Origin: Botryllus schlosseri
Lineage: Eukaryota
Reading direction: 5' to 3'
Assembly: GCA_051294905.1 (NCBI GenBank)
Contig: CM119373.1
Location: forward strand, 5,768,001-5,832,000
DNA: 64,000 bases
Positions within the stretch are counted from its first letter, which is position 1; each line of letters starts with the position of its first letter. Shown here piece after piece: positions 63,514 through 64,000 of this stretch. The notes under the pieces are model-generated. The model was not told where the DNA came from. It made no database searches and saw nothing but the letters and a program-made list of their open reading frames with translations. The position numbers and the translations under genes are program-made.

Positions 63514-64000
63514 GACTAGGCATAGGATATGATATTTGACCAATGTCTATTAGTACTAAGAGTGTGTGTGCTTGTAATCAGTATAGTGTGTAATGAGAAA
63601 ATTATTAGGGTAAATCTCTCTATTAGTTGCTGACTCATACACACGATCTACATTTTGATTATACAGGATTGTATATATGTCATGCTTGAATGATTCATAC
63701 ATATTAGGATATTAGAGAGTCCATGTTATAAAAACTTATAAAATATGAAAAAGGAAGGATATTTAGAAAGGCTTTCTTTCATGTTAATTGTATAGTGAAT
63801 AATTCGATCTGTACCACAATTAAACAATTTGGCATGCCACCGTTAATTGTATGTTTGCATTTGTTTAATGGTTATATGATAGTCATTTAACCATCACTGT
63901 GGCATATGATTTTCGAAGTAAATTGGTAACACCGTTGCAGTCGGAGTTGGAGTCGGAATCGGAGCCGGTACGTTTAAACTTTAAAGACTCGTGAGTCGGA

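Overview
Animal (non-prokaryotic) genomic DNA, AT-rich and dominated by transposable elements. The TE complement and TTAGGG-like repeats suggest an invertebrate such as a tunicate; this is inference only. One host gene is supportable: a minus-strand, intron-containing secreted protein with a signal peptide, a Thr-rich stalk and a C-terminal pentraxin domain (~5.9-15.3 kb). The rest resolves into three structures. (1) A deep TE nest at 16.4-33.8 kb: unknown repeat > hAT MITE > Penelope-like fragment > full-length but dead I-clade LINE (13-bp TSD, (TAA)n tail) > five DNA-transposon insertions, one of them a CACTG/EnSpm element with a spliced gene. (2) Several Penelope-like 3' ends carrying minimal hammerhead ribozyme motifs, two with intact cores. 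(3) The most striking feature: a 15.7-kb unit (45162-60869) with Polinton/Maverick hallmarks (AGTAGT...ACTACT termini, ~448-bp TIRs differing at 2 positions, perfect 6-bp TSD) but no visible Polinton genes. Its interior holds host-like TE debris, an older Gypsy element and a telomere-like satellite. Most short ORFs in the track are spurious. All alignments and counts were done by eye.
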